From: Candidatus Aminicenantes bacterium
GTDB lineage: Bacteria > Acidobacteriota > Aminicenantia > Aminicenantales > Saccharicenantaceae
Assembly: GCA_963743205.1 (NCBI GenBank)
Contig: CAVUOW010000004.1
Coordinates: forward strand, 133,327 to 197,326
Reading direction: 5' to 3'
Length of the DNA: 64,000 nt
The notes below the pieces were generated by a model that was not told the origin of the DNA, ran no database searches, and saw only the letters and a program-made list of their open reading frames with translations. Each line of letters begins with the position of its first letter. Position 1 is the stretch's first letter. Position numbers and translations under genes: made by a program. Positions 21,597-30,806 of the stretch are shown one piece after another.

Positions 21597-23374
21597 TGTC
21601 CCTCCCAATCGATCCTGGCGATGATCTTCGACAGTCCCCAGGCCGCGACGCCTCCGGCCGCGAGGTAAACAGCGCCCCACGTCCAATCCATGAAGATGAT
21701 CTTGCCCACGCCGAAAAGCAGGCAGACGATCATGACCACGGCCAGAGCCCACCCGGCGAACGGGGCCGCCTGGAGCTTGTAGCTCCGGCCGTTGAGCTTC
21801 GCGATCGGCCCCCAGACGCCCCCCGGCCGGACCTTGCGGTAGAACGCGAGAAGCTTCGTCTCGTCGTCGGGCTTGGTCACGAACGTCGCCGTGATCCAGG
21901 CGACGGTCGTCACCGCCACGATGACGAGGATGCCGACGCCCCACGGGTCGACCGCGAATCCCGCTTTCTCGAGCGTTCTCCCCATCCCCCGTACGAGCGC
22001 GTTGTCCGGCACGATCTTGAGATAGATCGCCGTCGCCGCCGACGCGCACAGGGCCGCGATCTCCGACCAGGCGTTGATCCGCCACCAGTACCAGCGCAGG
22101 AGCAGCACCAGCCCGATCCCGGCCGAGAGCTCCATGACCAGCTGCCAGCCCATCTTGACGCTGCCCAGCACATAGGAGAAGCCCGCCCCGAGCAGGGAGA
22201 TGACGAGGACAAGGATCCTCGAGACCGCGACGTAGTGCTTCTCGCTCGCGTTCTTCTTGACGAACGGCCGGTAGAAATCGTTCATCAGGAACGACCCCGA
22301 CAGGTTGACGATCGACTCGATCGTCGACATAAAGGCGGCGAACAGCGAAGCGATGATGATGCCCGCGATCCCCTTGGGCACGAAGGCGATCATCCGCGGG
22401 TAGGCCGCCTCCATCTCGCCCGGCGCCGCGCCCGTCAATCCCGGGAAGACGACGATGGCCGCGAGGGCCGTCAGGATCCACGGCCAGGGCCGGACGACGT
22501 AGTTGGCGACGGTGAACCAGAGCGTCCCCTTGACGGCGTGCCGCGGGTCCTTCGCCGCCAGGATCCGCTGGGCGCTCCAGCCGCCTCCGCCCGGCTCGGC
22601 GCCGGGGTAGTAGACCGCCCACCACTGGACGAACAGGGCCACGAAAAAGGCCAGAGGCAGCGCTTTCCCCAACGGCGGGATGACCGACAGGTAGTCCTTG
22701 CCCGTCCCCGCACCCAAGGCCTTGATCGCGTCGACGAGCGCGCCGATGCCTCCGACCTTCTCCACGGATACGACCGAGAGGACGATCGACCCGGCCATGG
22801 CCACCCCGAAGAGGAGCATGTCCGTGGCCACGACTCCCCACAATCCGCTGAGCGTCGTGTAGAAGACCGTCAGCCCGAGGCAGATCACCAAGGCCGTGAC
22901 GCCGCTCGTGCCGAAGACCGTCCGGATGATCTTGACCATGGCCAGAGTCACCCAGCCGAAGGTGATGCAGGAGACGGGGATGCCGAGGTAGAGGGCCTTG
23001 AAGCCGCGCAGGAACCGGGCCGGCCGCCCGGAATAGCGGATGTCGATGAACTCGACCTCGGTCACGACCTCGGCCCGGCGCCAGAGGTGGGCGAAGAAGA
23101 GGACCGTCAGCGCGCCGCCGAGCATGAAGTTCCACCACAGCCAGTTGCCCGCGATGCCGTCCTTGACGACGATGCCCGTGACCGCGAGAGGCGTGTCGGA
23201 GGAGAACGACGTGGCCACCATCGACGTCCCCAGCAGCCACCAGGGCAGGCTCCGGCCGCTCAGGAAGTATTCGGAGATGCTTTTTCCGGCCCGCTTCGAA
23301 TAGTAGAGGCCGATGGCGATGGACAGGACGAAGTACCAGGCGATGAACAGCCAGTCGACCGCCGCAAGCTTCAT
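21593..23374 (-). CDS. sodium:solute symporter (SSS family)
   Basis: 593 aa, about 13 TM. N-terminal ..YYSKRAGKSISEYFLSGRSLPWWLLGTSMVATSFSSDTPL.. is the classic SSS signature region. Confidence 0.9.
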   Translation of the reverse strand: MKLAAVDWLFIAWYFVLSIAIGLYYSKRAGKSISEYFLSGRSLPWWLLGTSMVATSFSSDTPLAVTGIVVKDGIAGNWLWWNFMLGGALTVLFFAHLWRRAEVVTEVEFIDIRYSGRPARFLRGFKALYLGIPVSCITFGWVTLAMVKIIRTVFGTSGVTALVICLGLTVFYTTLSGLWGVVATDMLLFGVAMAGSIVLSVVSVEKVGGIGALVDAIKALGAGTGKDYLSVIPPLGKALPLAFFVALFVQWWAVYYPGAEPGGGGWSAQRILAAKDPRHAVKGTLWFTVANYVVRPWPWILTALAAIVVFPGLTGAAPGEMEAAYPRMIAFVPKGIAGIIIASLFAAFMSTIESIVNLSGSFLMNDFYRPFVKKNASEKHYVAVSRILVLVISLLGAGFSYVLGSVKMGWQLVMELSAGIGLVLLLRWYWWRINAWSEIAALCASAATAIYLKIVPDNALVRGMGRTLEKAGFAVDPWGVGILVIVAVTTVAWITATFVTKPDDETKLLAFYRKVRPGGVWGPIAKLNGRSYKLQAAPFAGWALAVVMIVCLLFGVGKIIFMDWTWGAVYLAAGGVAAWGLSKIIARIDWEGQ

Positions 23375-23377
23375 GGA

Positions 23378-23524
23378 CTATCGCTTGGCCCGGAAGATGA
23401 GCGTGCCGACGACGAGAAACACGGCCGCCAGGAGGAGGACCGTCCCGCGCTCGGCCGCAGTCTTGCAGAACAGGAGCCCGAACAATCCGAGCGGCAACCC
23501 GACGCCCCAGAATCCCAGGGCCAT
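23378..23524 (-). CDS. 48-aa two-TM membrane peptide preceding the symporter
   Basis: Own translation: MALGFWGVGLPLGLFGLLFCKTAAERGTVLLLAAVFLVVGTLIFRAKR. The stop lies 3 nt before the symporter ATG. Below the ORF-track length cutoff. SSS genes often have such small upstream partners. Confidence 0.4.
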   Translation of the reverse strand: MALGFWGVGLPLGLFGLLFCKTAAERGTVLLLAAVFLVVGTLIFRAKR

Positions 23525-23549
23525 GGGGCGGTATTCTTTCTTCAGCGGC

Positions 23550-24419
23550 CTACTTTTCGCGGGGAATGGCGTAGACGGGGACCTTGCTGTGGGCGATGAC
23601 CTTCTCGGTCGTGCTGCCCAGGAAGAGCCGGGCCAATCGCCGCACCGTCGTCGACATGACGATGAGCTCGAAGCCCTTCGTCTCGGCGTAGTCGATGATG
23701 CCTTCCCAGCCGTGCACGGCCTTGGTCACATCTTCGCTCATCTCGACGGCCTTGTGCTCCCGTTTCCTGCGGGCCTCGAGCTTCTTGAGCACCGAGTTGA
23801 ACATCTCGTCGGTCAGGCGGAAGTCGTGGCCGAAGATCTCGAGGACGTAGAGGAAGGTCAGGCTCGCGCCCAGTGTCTTGGCCAGCCGCCAGGCGTGGTC
23901 GCGCTCGACGTCCTCGGTGGCCGAGAAATCGGTCGGGACGAGGATCTTCTTGATGGCTTGGGGCTTGGCCGTGGTCCCCTTGGTCACGAGCACCGGGACG
24001 CGGGCGCCTCTCAGGATACGGTGGGTCACGCTGCCGATCAGGTTCTGCTCGTGCCCCGAGATCCCCCGCCGCCCGACGACGATGAGGTCGGAGCCTTCCT
24101 TCTTGGCCGTCCGGAGGACGACCGAGGCCGCCGAGCCCCCCTCGGCGATGATGACCTTGTTCGGGCAGATGCCTTGGGTCTCGCACATCTGGTCGAGCTT
24201 GATCTTGGCGTTGACCTTGCTGGCCTCGATCTGCCCGGCCAGCTCCGCCTGGACTTCGGGCCAGGCCTCGTAGAGGGCCGGGGCGAAATCGGGCACGACG
24301 TGGAGCGCGGTGAGCTTGGCTTTGAAGGCCTTGGTGAAGAAATCGGCGTAGGCCAGGGCCTCTTTCGATTCGTCGGAAAAGTCCGTGGCCCAGAGGACGT
24401 GCTTGATGGGTTTGGTCAT
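23550..24419 (-). CDS. universal stress protein, tandem Usp domains
   Basis: 289 aa with two UspA-like halves (..HVLWATDFSDES.. and ..ILVPTDFSAT..; G..G.S...GSV motifs). Confidence 0.85.
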   Translation of the reverse strand: MTKPIKHVLWATDFSDESKEALAYADFFTKAFKAKLTALHVVPDFAPALYEAWPEVQAELAGQIEASKVNAKIKLDQMCETQGICPNKVIIAEGGSAASVVLRTAKKEGSDLIVVGRRGISGHEQNLIGSVTHRILRGARVPVLVTKGTTAKPQAIKKILVPTDFSATEDVERDHAWRLAKTLGASLTFLYVLEIFGHDFRLTDEMFNSVLKKLEARRKREHKAVEMSEDVTKAVHGWEGIIDYAETKGFELIVMSTTVRRLARLFLGSTTEKVIAHSKVPVYAIPREK

Positions 24420-24493
24420 GGGTGTTCCTCCTTCACGAACGTTCGGGCGCCGGCCGGCGGGCCCGCCGGGATCGTCCTCAGTCTACAATAAAC

Positions 24494-25276
24494 TCAGTAC
24501 TTCTGCCAATCCGGCTTGTGCTCGTTGATCCAGACGTAGTAATCGGCCATCTTCAGGTCCGAGGCGGCGTCCTTGTCGAGGACGAGGATGGCCCGCGGGT
24601 GCATCTGCAGGATCGAGCCCGGGACCATGGCCGTGACCGGCCCCTCGGCCGCGAGCGAGATGGCCCGGGCCTTCTTCTTGCCGAAGGCGAGGAGCAGGCA
24701 CATCTTGCTGTCCATGATCGTGCCCAATCCCATGGTGATGACGTGGGTCGGCACGGCCTCCTCGCCGCCGAACGCGGCCGCGGCGTCGAGGCGCGTCTCC
24801 TCGGTCAGCGTCTTGATGCGGGTCCGCGACGAGAGCGAGGACGAGGGTTCGTTGAAGCCGATGTGGCCGTTCGTGCCGATGCCCAGGACCTGGATGTCGA
24901 CGCCGCCGGCCGAGCGGATGGCCTGCTCGTACTTGCGGCAGGCCGCGGGGATGTCGCTCGTCATGCCGTCGGGGATGTTGACCCGCTCCCGCGGCATGTT
25001 GATGCTGCTGAAAAGATGGGCCCACATGTAGCTGTGGAAGGAGGACGGGTGGGCCGGCGGGGTGCCGACGTACTCGTCGAGGTTGAAGCTGGTGACGTCG
25101 CTGAAGTCGAGCCCCGACTCCCGGTGCATGCGGACGAGGTTCCGGTAGAGCTGGAGCGGCGTGTTGCCGGTCGCCAGGCCAAGCACGGCGTGCGGCTTCT
25201 CGCGGACGGTGCGGGCGACGATGCGGGCGGCGAGCTCGCTGGCCTGCTGGCTGTTCGGCTGGATGATGATCTCCAT
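24494..25276 (-). CDS. nagB: glucosamine-6-phosphate deaminase
   Basis: 260 aa. ..VLGLATGNTPL..FNLDEYVG..GIGTNGHIGFNEP.. are canonical NagB blocks. Confidence 0.9.
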   Translation of the reverse strand: MEIIIQPNSQQASELAARIVARTVREKPHAVLGLATGNTPLQLYRNLVRMHRESGLDFSDVTSFNLDEYVGTPPAHPSSFHSYMWAHLFSSINMPRERVNIPDGMTSDIPAACRKYEQAIRSAGGVDIQVLGIGTNGHIGFNEPSSSLSSRTRIKTLTEETRLDAAAAFGGEEAVPTHVITMGLGTIMDSKMCLLLAFGKKKARAISLAAEGPVTAMVPGSILQMHPRAILVLDKDAASDLKMADYYVWINEHKPDWQKY

Positions 25277-25325
25277 GGGCTGTCCTCCTTCTCTCTCTGA
25301 GCTCTCGGTGGGCGCCGCGGCGCGG

Positions 25326-26186
25326 TCAGCGCTTCACGATCCAATACTTTTTGATCTTCTGGTCGACGCTGGCCCGGAACTTGTCGATGTGGCCGAGCAC
25401 ATAGTGGCCGACGTCGAGCTTGTCGTCACGGACGAGCGGCGTCAGGTCCATGGCGAACCAAAGCTCCTCGGCCTCGTCGGTCGCGTGCGACTGGAAGTAG
25501 ACGGCATTGGCCCGGCGCCGGCCGGCCGTCGCCAGGTCGTATCTCTTGCCGCCCTCGACCTGGGAGTCGTAGACGCCGATGAGTCCCGTGGACAGGGCCT
25601 CGCGGCGGCCCACGTCGAGCGGGACCTTGTCCTCGTCGTCCATCCAGTCGAGACCGCGCCAGACCTCGCAGCCGTAGACCGTCGTCGGGCGCTCGGCCGG
25701 GTCGAGCTCGCGCAGCGCCGCGAGCGCCGTAAAGGCGACGGCCGCGTGGGTGTCGTGCTTGTCGGCCGGGTTGTGCGTGTAGACGACCTCGGGCCGGACG
25801 AGCTCGAGGATCTTGACCAGGTCGGACTTCAGGCGGCCGGTGCCGACGTCCTTGGCCTCGGCGCTCGTGTAGTTGAGCTGGACGAGGGCGCCGTAGTTGC
25901 CGATGATGGCCGCCTTCTCCTGCTCGCGGCGCCGGAGCGCGGCCATGTCGGCGTCGCTCCACAAGGCGTATTCGCCGGCCCGCGGCGAGCCGGCCCCGTT
26001 CGTCGACGTCACCGCGCCGAACCAGAGCTCCCTGCTCGTGAAGCACTTCTGGATGCCGTGGAAGGCCATGATCTCGACGTCGTCCTGGTGGGCGCCGATG
26101 CCGAGATGGGTGACGCGGCGGAAGGCGTCGTCGGCGGCCATGCCGTCGGGGACGAACACGGCGGCGTCGGGTTTGAAGAATTTCAT
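25326..26186 (-). CDS. PIG-L/LmbE-family deacetylase
   Basis: GAHQDDVEI (the A-H-x-D-D motif), ..YTHNPADKHDTH... The ATG overlaps the stop of the upstream kinase (ATGA). Track ORF 25326-26612 over-extends. Confidence 0.8.
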   Translation of the reverse strand: MKFFKPDAAVFVPDGMAADDAFRRVTHLGIGAHQDDVEIMAFHGIQKCFTSRELWFGAVTSTNGAGSPRAGEYALWSDADMAALRRREQEKAAIIGNYGALVQLNYTSAEAKDVGTGRLKSDLVKILELVRPEVVYTHNPADKHDTHAAVAFTALAALRELDPAERPTTVYGCEVWRGLDWMDDEDKVPLDVGRREALSTGLIGVYDSQVEGGKRYDLATAGRRRANAVYFQSHATDEAEELWFAMDLTPLVRDDKLDVGHYVLGHIDKFRASVDQKIKKYWIVKR

Positions 26187-27547
26187 GGACGGACTCCTTG
26201 GATCTCGGGGAGGCTGGCCGCGGCGACGGCCTGGCCCACCCTCCGGCTCTTCTCGTCGAGCAGGTGGATGCGGACCCGGGCCGCGGTCGCGGGGGATTCG
26301 GCGGCCAGGACCTCGTTCGCCTTGTCGACGATGATCTTGCCTCCCGGCCCGGACATCACCCGGCCGAGAACGAGCAGGTTCCTGAAGCTGTAGAAGACCT
26401 CGTACCAGGGAACGGCGGAGCCGAGATAGGCGCCGATCTGCTCGAAGACGCGGGCGGCCTGCATGTTGCCCCGGGCCACGAGCCCCTGGACCTCCTTGAG
26501 GCGCTCCGGCAGCTTCATCCCGGCCGGGAAGGACAGGCCGGCCGCGAGGGCCAGCCGGTTGACGGCCTGCTGGGAAAAGTAGTTGGCCCCGACGCCGCGG
26601 TCGCGGGACCACTCGTCCATGGCGGCCTCGGGATTGAGATCGACCGGGGCGAACGCAAGCTCATCGAGCCAGCCGGGAATGTGGCCGTCGTTGTCGAGAA
26701 AGCCGGCCGCCTCGCTCGAGCCCATGGCCACGCCGAGGACACCCGTCTCGCCGAGCGACAGCCTCCCCGCGAGCGCGGTGACCTCGCCGTCGTTGATGAC
26801 CTCGAAGGGCACGCCCCACTCTTTGGCCAGCCGGTCGAAGAGGCCCTTGACCTTGGATTCGAACAGGGCCTCGGGGACGGAGCGGAAGAGGGAGGCGATC
26901 CGGATCTGCCGGCGGATGAGGATGCCGGCCGACGAGCCGCCGATGGCGTCGACGCGAGGGAGATGCGAGGCGGCCTTCTTCAGGCCGGCCTGAATGTGCT
27001 CGTAATGATACTCGGGGTCGGATTGCTCGCCCGGGGACCAGGGGATCTCCTCGCTCCAAACGGGCTCGCCGTCGATGACCGCGGCGACCTTGTAGTCGCT
27101 CGCGCCGAGGTCGAAGCCGATGCGGAACCCGTCGAGGTAGCCGCCGGGGAAATGGACGGCTTCGCGGGCCTCGGGAAAGGTCGCGGCGCTGTGCAGGGCG
27201 ACTTCAAAAGGACGCTCGTAGACGGCGCCCATCGTCCGGGCGTCGAAGGCCCGGGCGCCGGTCTCGGAATACTCGGCCTTGAGGCGCCGGCCGACCGCGG
27301 CCGGGCCCTGGAAGTGGATGCGCCAGCCGCCGCGCGACCAGAGCAGGAACTTGACCACGCGCTCGACGATGCGATAGGTCGATTCGGGATCGCCGTCCTT
27401 GACCGGGGCGACCGTCTGGAACACCGAGACGAGCCCGTCCTCGCGCTCGATGGCCACGCGGAGCGGCATCTCGCCCGAGGCCCGGGCCCTTTTGAGATAG
27501 GCGAGCCAGGCGGGATAGATGGGCTGAAAGCCGGGATCGTACATCAT
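26183..27547 (-). CDS. ASKHA-superfamily sugar kinase (ROK-like), with an N-terminal extension
   Basis: IGFDLGASDYKVAAV, AIGGSSAGI and INDGEVTALAG resemble ROK/glucokinase phosphate-binding motifs. No ROK CxCGxxGC zinc motif was seen. Confidence 0.6.
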   Translation of the reverse strand: MMYDPGFQPIYPAWLAYLKRARASGEMPLRVAIEREDGLVSVFQTVAPVKDGDPESTYRIVERVVKFLLWSRGGWRIHFQGPAAVGRRLKAEYSETGARAFDARTMGAVYERPFEVALHSAATFPEAREAVHFPGGYLDGFRIGFDLGASDYKVAAVIDGEPVWSEEIPWSPGEQSDPEYHYEHIQAGLKKAASHLPRVDAIGGSSAGILIRRQIRIASLFRSVPEALFESKVKGLFDRLAKEWGVPFEVINDGEVTALAGRLSLGETGVLGVAMGSSEAAGFLDNDGHIPGWLDELAFAPVDLNPEAAMDEWSRDRGVGANYFSQQAVNRLALAAGLSFPAGMKLPERLKEVQGLVARGNMQAARVFEQIGAYLGSAVPWYEVFYSFRNLLVLGRVMSGPGGKIIVDKANEVLAAESPATAARVRIHLLDEKSRRVGQAVAAASLPEIQGVRP

Positions 27548-28752
27548 TGAGCCTTGAATTCGATCTTCACCGGGACGAGGAGCCGGGCGGCCAGGTCGTC
27601 GACGCGGCGGGCCCAGCCTTTAGCCGGCGGGTCTTCCGGCGCGGAGAGGCCTCGTTCCCAGGCTCCGGCGACCCAGTAGGTGAGCTTGTGCCCGGCGCGC
27701 CCGGAGAGCTTGAGGGCGCGGTCGAGGCCGGCGTCGTCGACGCCCGAGAGATCGGCCGGGGCGAAGATCGCGGCCAGGCCCACGTCGCCGGCCTTGACCG
27801 CTCCCTTGCCCCAGGCGGTGAGAGAGCCCTTGGCCTTGTCGAGGGACCAGGTCTCGCCGGCGAGCTTCTGGATGCCCGGACCGAGGAGGATGGGGGCGTT
27901 GGATCTCGAAGCGATGACGACGTCCTGCCTCGAGTACGAATTATCGGCGAAGGCGGAGAAGAAGACCGTCAGGGTGACGTCGCCGCCGGCGGTCTTCACG
28001 GCCGGGTACTCCGCTTTGAGAAGGCCCCGGACCGGGCCGGGCGATATGACCGTCAGCTTGGCCTGCGGCGCGGCCGGCCCGAAGAGCGGGATGCGCGTCG
28101 CTCCGTCCCAGACGGACAGGCCCCCGAGGCCGGCCGATTCGCCTGGGTCGAGGACGTCCATGCCGGAGTCCTTGGACTTGGCCAGCGCGGCGGGAGACAT
28201 CTTGAGGATGAGCCCCGGCTGGAGCTTGCCGAAGAAGCCGATGCGTCCCTGAACGGATCTGTAGGCGGCCAGGTTCGATTCCCAGCCGGCCTCCGCGCCT
28301 CCGGCTTCAGAAGCGCCGCGGGCGAAGGCCTTCTGCGTCGCCATGAGCTGGAAGCTCCGTTCGGGGGTGTAGTAGCAGGCGAGCTTGGTCGTCGACGACG
28401 GGGGCAGGGTCCGGACGAGGACGATCTCGTCGTGGTAGCGGTCCTTGTCGAGGTCGTCGGCCTGGGAGACGACCAGGGCGTATTCGCCGCCCTTCGTGTC
28501 GAAGAGGGCGTACATATAAGTGTTGAAATCCGCGGCGACGGAGGCCCGGATCGCGGCGACGTCGATGACGACCGCCTGGTTCTCGAGGGTCAGGGGTGAC
28601 GGGTTGGTGATCTCGACGATGAAATGCTTCTTGAACCCGAGGACCTCGGGGCCCGCCGTCTGGGCGGCCGGCGAGGCGGCTGCGAGGGTGGCCGCGGCGA
28701 CGAAGACGAGAATAGCGATCGGGCGTCTTCGGGTGTCCGTTTCCTGGCGCAT
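27544..28752 (-). CDS. DUF4861-like secreted protein
   Basis: Signal peptide. The GWESNLAAYRSVQGRIGFFGK block matches my recollection of the DUF4861 signature found in sugar-acid loci. Confidence 0.55.
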   Translation of the reverse strand: MRQETDTRRRPIAILVFVAAATLAAASPAAQTAGPEVLGFKKHFIVEITNPSPLTLENQAVVIDVAAIRASVAADFNTYMYALFDTKGGEYALVVSQADDLDKDRYHDEIVLVRTLPPSSTTKLACYYTPERSFQLMATQKAFARGASEAGGAEAGWESNLAAYRSVQGRIGFFGKLQPGLILKMSPAALAKSKDSGMDVLDPGESAGLGGLSVWDGATRIPLFGPAAPQAKLTVISPGPVRGLLKAEYPAVKTAGGDVTLTVFFSAFADNSYSRQDVVIASRSNAPILLGPGIQKLAGETWSLDKAKGSLTAWGKGAVKAGDVGLAAIFAPADLSGVDDAGLDRALKLSGRAGHKLTYWVAGAWERGLSAPEDPPAKGWARRVDDLAARLLVPVKIEFKAQ

Positions 28753-28818
28753 CGACGGGGTCTCCTTTCCGGGGGGAAAATCCGGCCCTATTTTACTCCA
28801 ATTTCGGGCATTTGGGCG

Positions 28819-29667
28819 TCAAGTTATGAGGTGCGATTTGAAGCCCTTGCCGAGGACGTCGTAAGTGTCGTTGATGATGACGAAAGCTTCGGGGTCGGTC
28901 TTCTTGATGAAGTTCCGCAGGTCGGCGAGCTGCTTGCGGTGGATGACCGTCAGGATGAGCTCGCCCTCACGGTTGAGATAGAGGGAGCGCGAGCGCAGGG
29001 CCGTGCCGCTGCGGTCGAGGCCGCGGAGGATGAAATCGGCGATCTCGTCGGTCCGCGTCGAGGTGATGATGACCAGCTTCGAGTAGTTCCAGCCCTCGAG
29101 GACCATGTCGATGACCTTGGTCGAGAGGAAGAGGACGAGGTAGCCGTAGAGCGGCGCCTCGAGGCTGTGGAGGGCGAAGCCGGAGGCCGAGATGACGACG
29201 AAGTCCGTGATCATGATGCCGTAACCGAGCGACATGCCGGTGTACTTGCTCAGGATCATGCCGATGATGTCGGAGCCGCCGGTCGAGGCCCGGCCGCGGA
29301 AGACGATGCCCAGGCCGACGCCGAGCATGATGCCGCCGTAGATCGAGGCCAGAACGGGGTTGTCGGTGGCCGAGGGGAGCTTGAGGACCTTGTTGAACAG
29401 GTCGATGAACACGGACGAGACGACCATGCCGGCCAGGCTGTTGAGGACATACTTCTTGCCCATGGTCTTCAGGCCCAGGAGGAAGACGGGCACGTTGAGG
29501 ACGAGGATGAGCGCGCCGACGGGAAGCGCCGCGAAGTAGTTGAGGATGATGGCGATACCGGAGACGCCGCCGGGGACGAAGTGGTGGGGGATGAGGAACA
29601 GGGCGTAGGCCAGGCCGTTGATGATGCAGCCAACGAGGATGAGCAGCGCGTTCTTCGTCTTGTCCAT
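28819..29667 (-). CDS. YitT-family membrane protein (with DUF2179 C-terminal domain)
   Basis: 282 aa. ..LILVGCIINGLAYALFLIPHHFVPGGVSGIAIIL.. and the C-terminal ..AFVIINDTYDVLGKGF are typical YitT features. Confidence 0.85.
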   Translation of the reverse strand: MDKTKNALLILVGCIINGLAYALFLIPHHFVPGGVSGIAIILNYFAALPVGALILVLNVPVFLLGLKTMGKKYVLNSLAGMVVSSVFIDLFNKVLKLPSATDNPVLASIYGGIMLGVGLGIVFRGRASTGGSDIIGMILSKYTGMSLGYGIMITDFVVISASGFALHSLEAPLYGYLVLFLSTKVIDMVLEGWNYSKLVIITSTRTDEIADFILRGLDRSGTALRSRSLYLNREGELILTVIHRKQLADLRNFIKKTDPEAFVIINDTYDVLGKGFKSHLIT

Positions 29668-29771
29668 GGATACTCCGGATGTTTAGGCGGTATTCTACTC
29701 CGTTGCCCGGCCAAGTCAACGCTTTCCGGGACGCCCCCGGGTGTGCTATCTTTAGCGGCAAGGAGAGAGGG

Positions 29772-30800
29772 ATGGCCAATATCGCGACGTTCGGCGAGAT
29801 CATGCTCAGGTTGTCGCCGCCGGGGAGGGAGCTGCTCTTGCAGTCGCCGCGGCTCGAAGCGACGTTCGGCGGGGCCGAGGCCAATGTGGCCGTTTCGTTG
29901 GCCATTCTCGGACACCGGTCGCGCTGGATCTCGGTCGTGCCGGCGAACCCGGTCGGCGAGGCGGCGCTGAGAGAGCTCAGGCGATACGGCGTCGATGTCG
30001 GGGCCGTGGCGAGGGGCGGCCGTCGTCTCGGGATCTACTTCGCCGAAACGGGGGCGAACGAGCGGCCTTCCCAGGTCGTCTACGACCGCGACGGGTCCGG
30101 CATGGCCGAGGCCAAGCCGGGGGACATCGATTGGGCGGCCGCGTTCGCGGGCATGGACCGCCTCCACATCACGGGCATCACGCCCGCCCTGAGCGTCTCG
30201 GCCGCGGCGCTGACGGCGGAGGCCGTCGAGGCCGCCGGGGCGAACGGGATGCGCGTCTCGCTCGACCTCAACCATCGGTCCAAGCTCTGGAGGTACGGAC
30301 GTCCGGCGCCGGAGGTCATGCGCGGCATCGCCGCCCGCGTGGACATGCTCATCGGGAACGAGGAGGACTGCCAGAAGTCACTCGGCATCGGCCCGGAGTT
30401 CGACGCCGGCGCGGGCAAGCTGGATGTCGCGGCGTACGAGCGCCTGACGGCCGAGGTCATGTCCGCGTTCCCGAACCTCGAACGCGTGGCCATCACCTTA
30501 AGAGAAAGCGTGAGCGCCGATTGGAACCGCTGGTCGGCCGTGCTGAGGGACCGATCCGGATATTTCGCCGGGCCGATCTACGAGATCCGCGCGATCGTCG
30601 ACCGCATCGGCACGGGCGACGCCTTCGCCGCCGGCCTCATCCACGGGCTGGCGAGGTTCAAGACGGACGCCGAGGCGCTCGATTTCGCCGTCGCCGCCGC
30701 GACGCTCAAGCATTCGATCCCGGGGGACTGGAACCTGTCGACCGAGAAGGACATCCTGGCCCTGGCCAAAGGCGACCGGTCGGGCCGCGTGCGGAGATAA
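29772..30800 (+). CDS. kdgK: 2-dehydro-3-deoxygluconokinase (PfkB family)
   Basis: MANIATFGEIMLRLSP.., GGAEANVAV, DRIGTGDAFAAGLIHG. ATG 29772 is preceded by AAGGAGAGAGGG. The track ORF starts further upstream at 29679. Confidence 0.85.
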   Translation: MANIATFGEIMLRLSPPGRELLLQSPRLEATFGGAEANVAVSLAILGHRSRWISVVPANPVGEAALRELRRYGVDVGAVARGGRRLGIYFAETGANERPSQVVYDRDGSGMAEAKPGDIDWAAAFAGMDRLHITGITPALSVSAAALTAEAVEAAGANGMRVSLDLNHRSKLWRYGRPAPEVMRGIAARVDMLIGNEEDCQKSLGIGPEFDAGAGKLDVAAYERLTAEVMSAFPNLERVAITLRESVSADWNRWSAVLRDRSGYFAGPIYEIRAIVDRIGTGDAFAAGLIHGLARFKTDAEALDFAVAAATLKHSIPGDWNLSTEKDILALAKGDRSGRVRR

Positions 30801-30806
30801 AGAGAC

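Noticed and set aside
19710-23240. 1176-aa ORF spanning the lipoprotein and symporter genes
   Set aside because: Its N-terminal 550 residues are an out-of-frame read through the symporter gene (RG-rich). The real protein starts at the lipoprotein signal peptide (ATG 21596).
24454-24469. 16-bp perfect GC palindrome CCGGCGGGCCCGCCGG between nagB and the usp gene as an intrinsic terminator
   Set aside because: No U-tract follows on either strand. It may be a structural hairpin, but the evidence for termination is insufficient.
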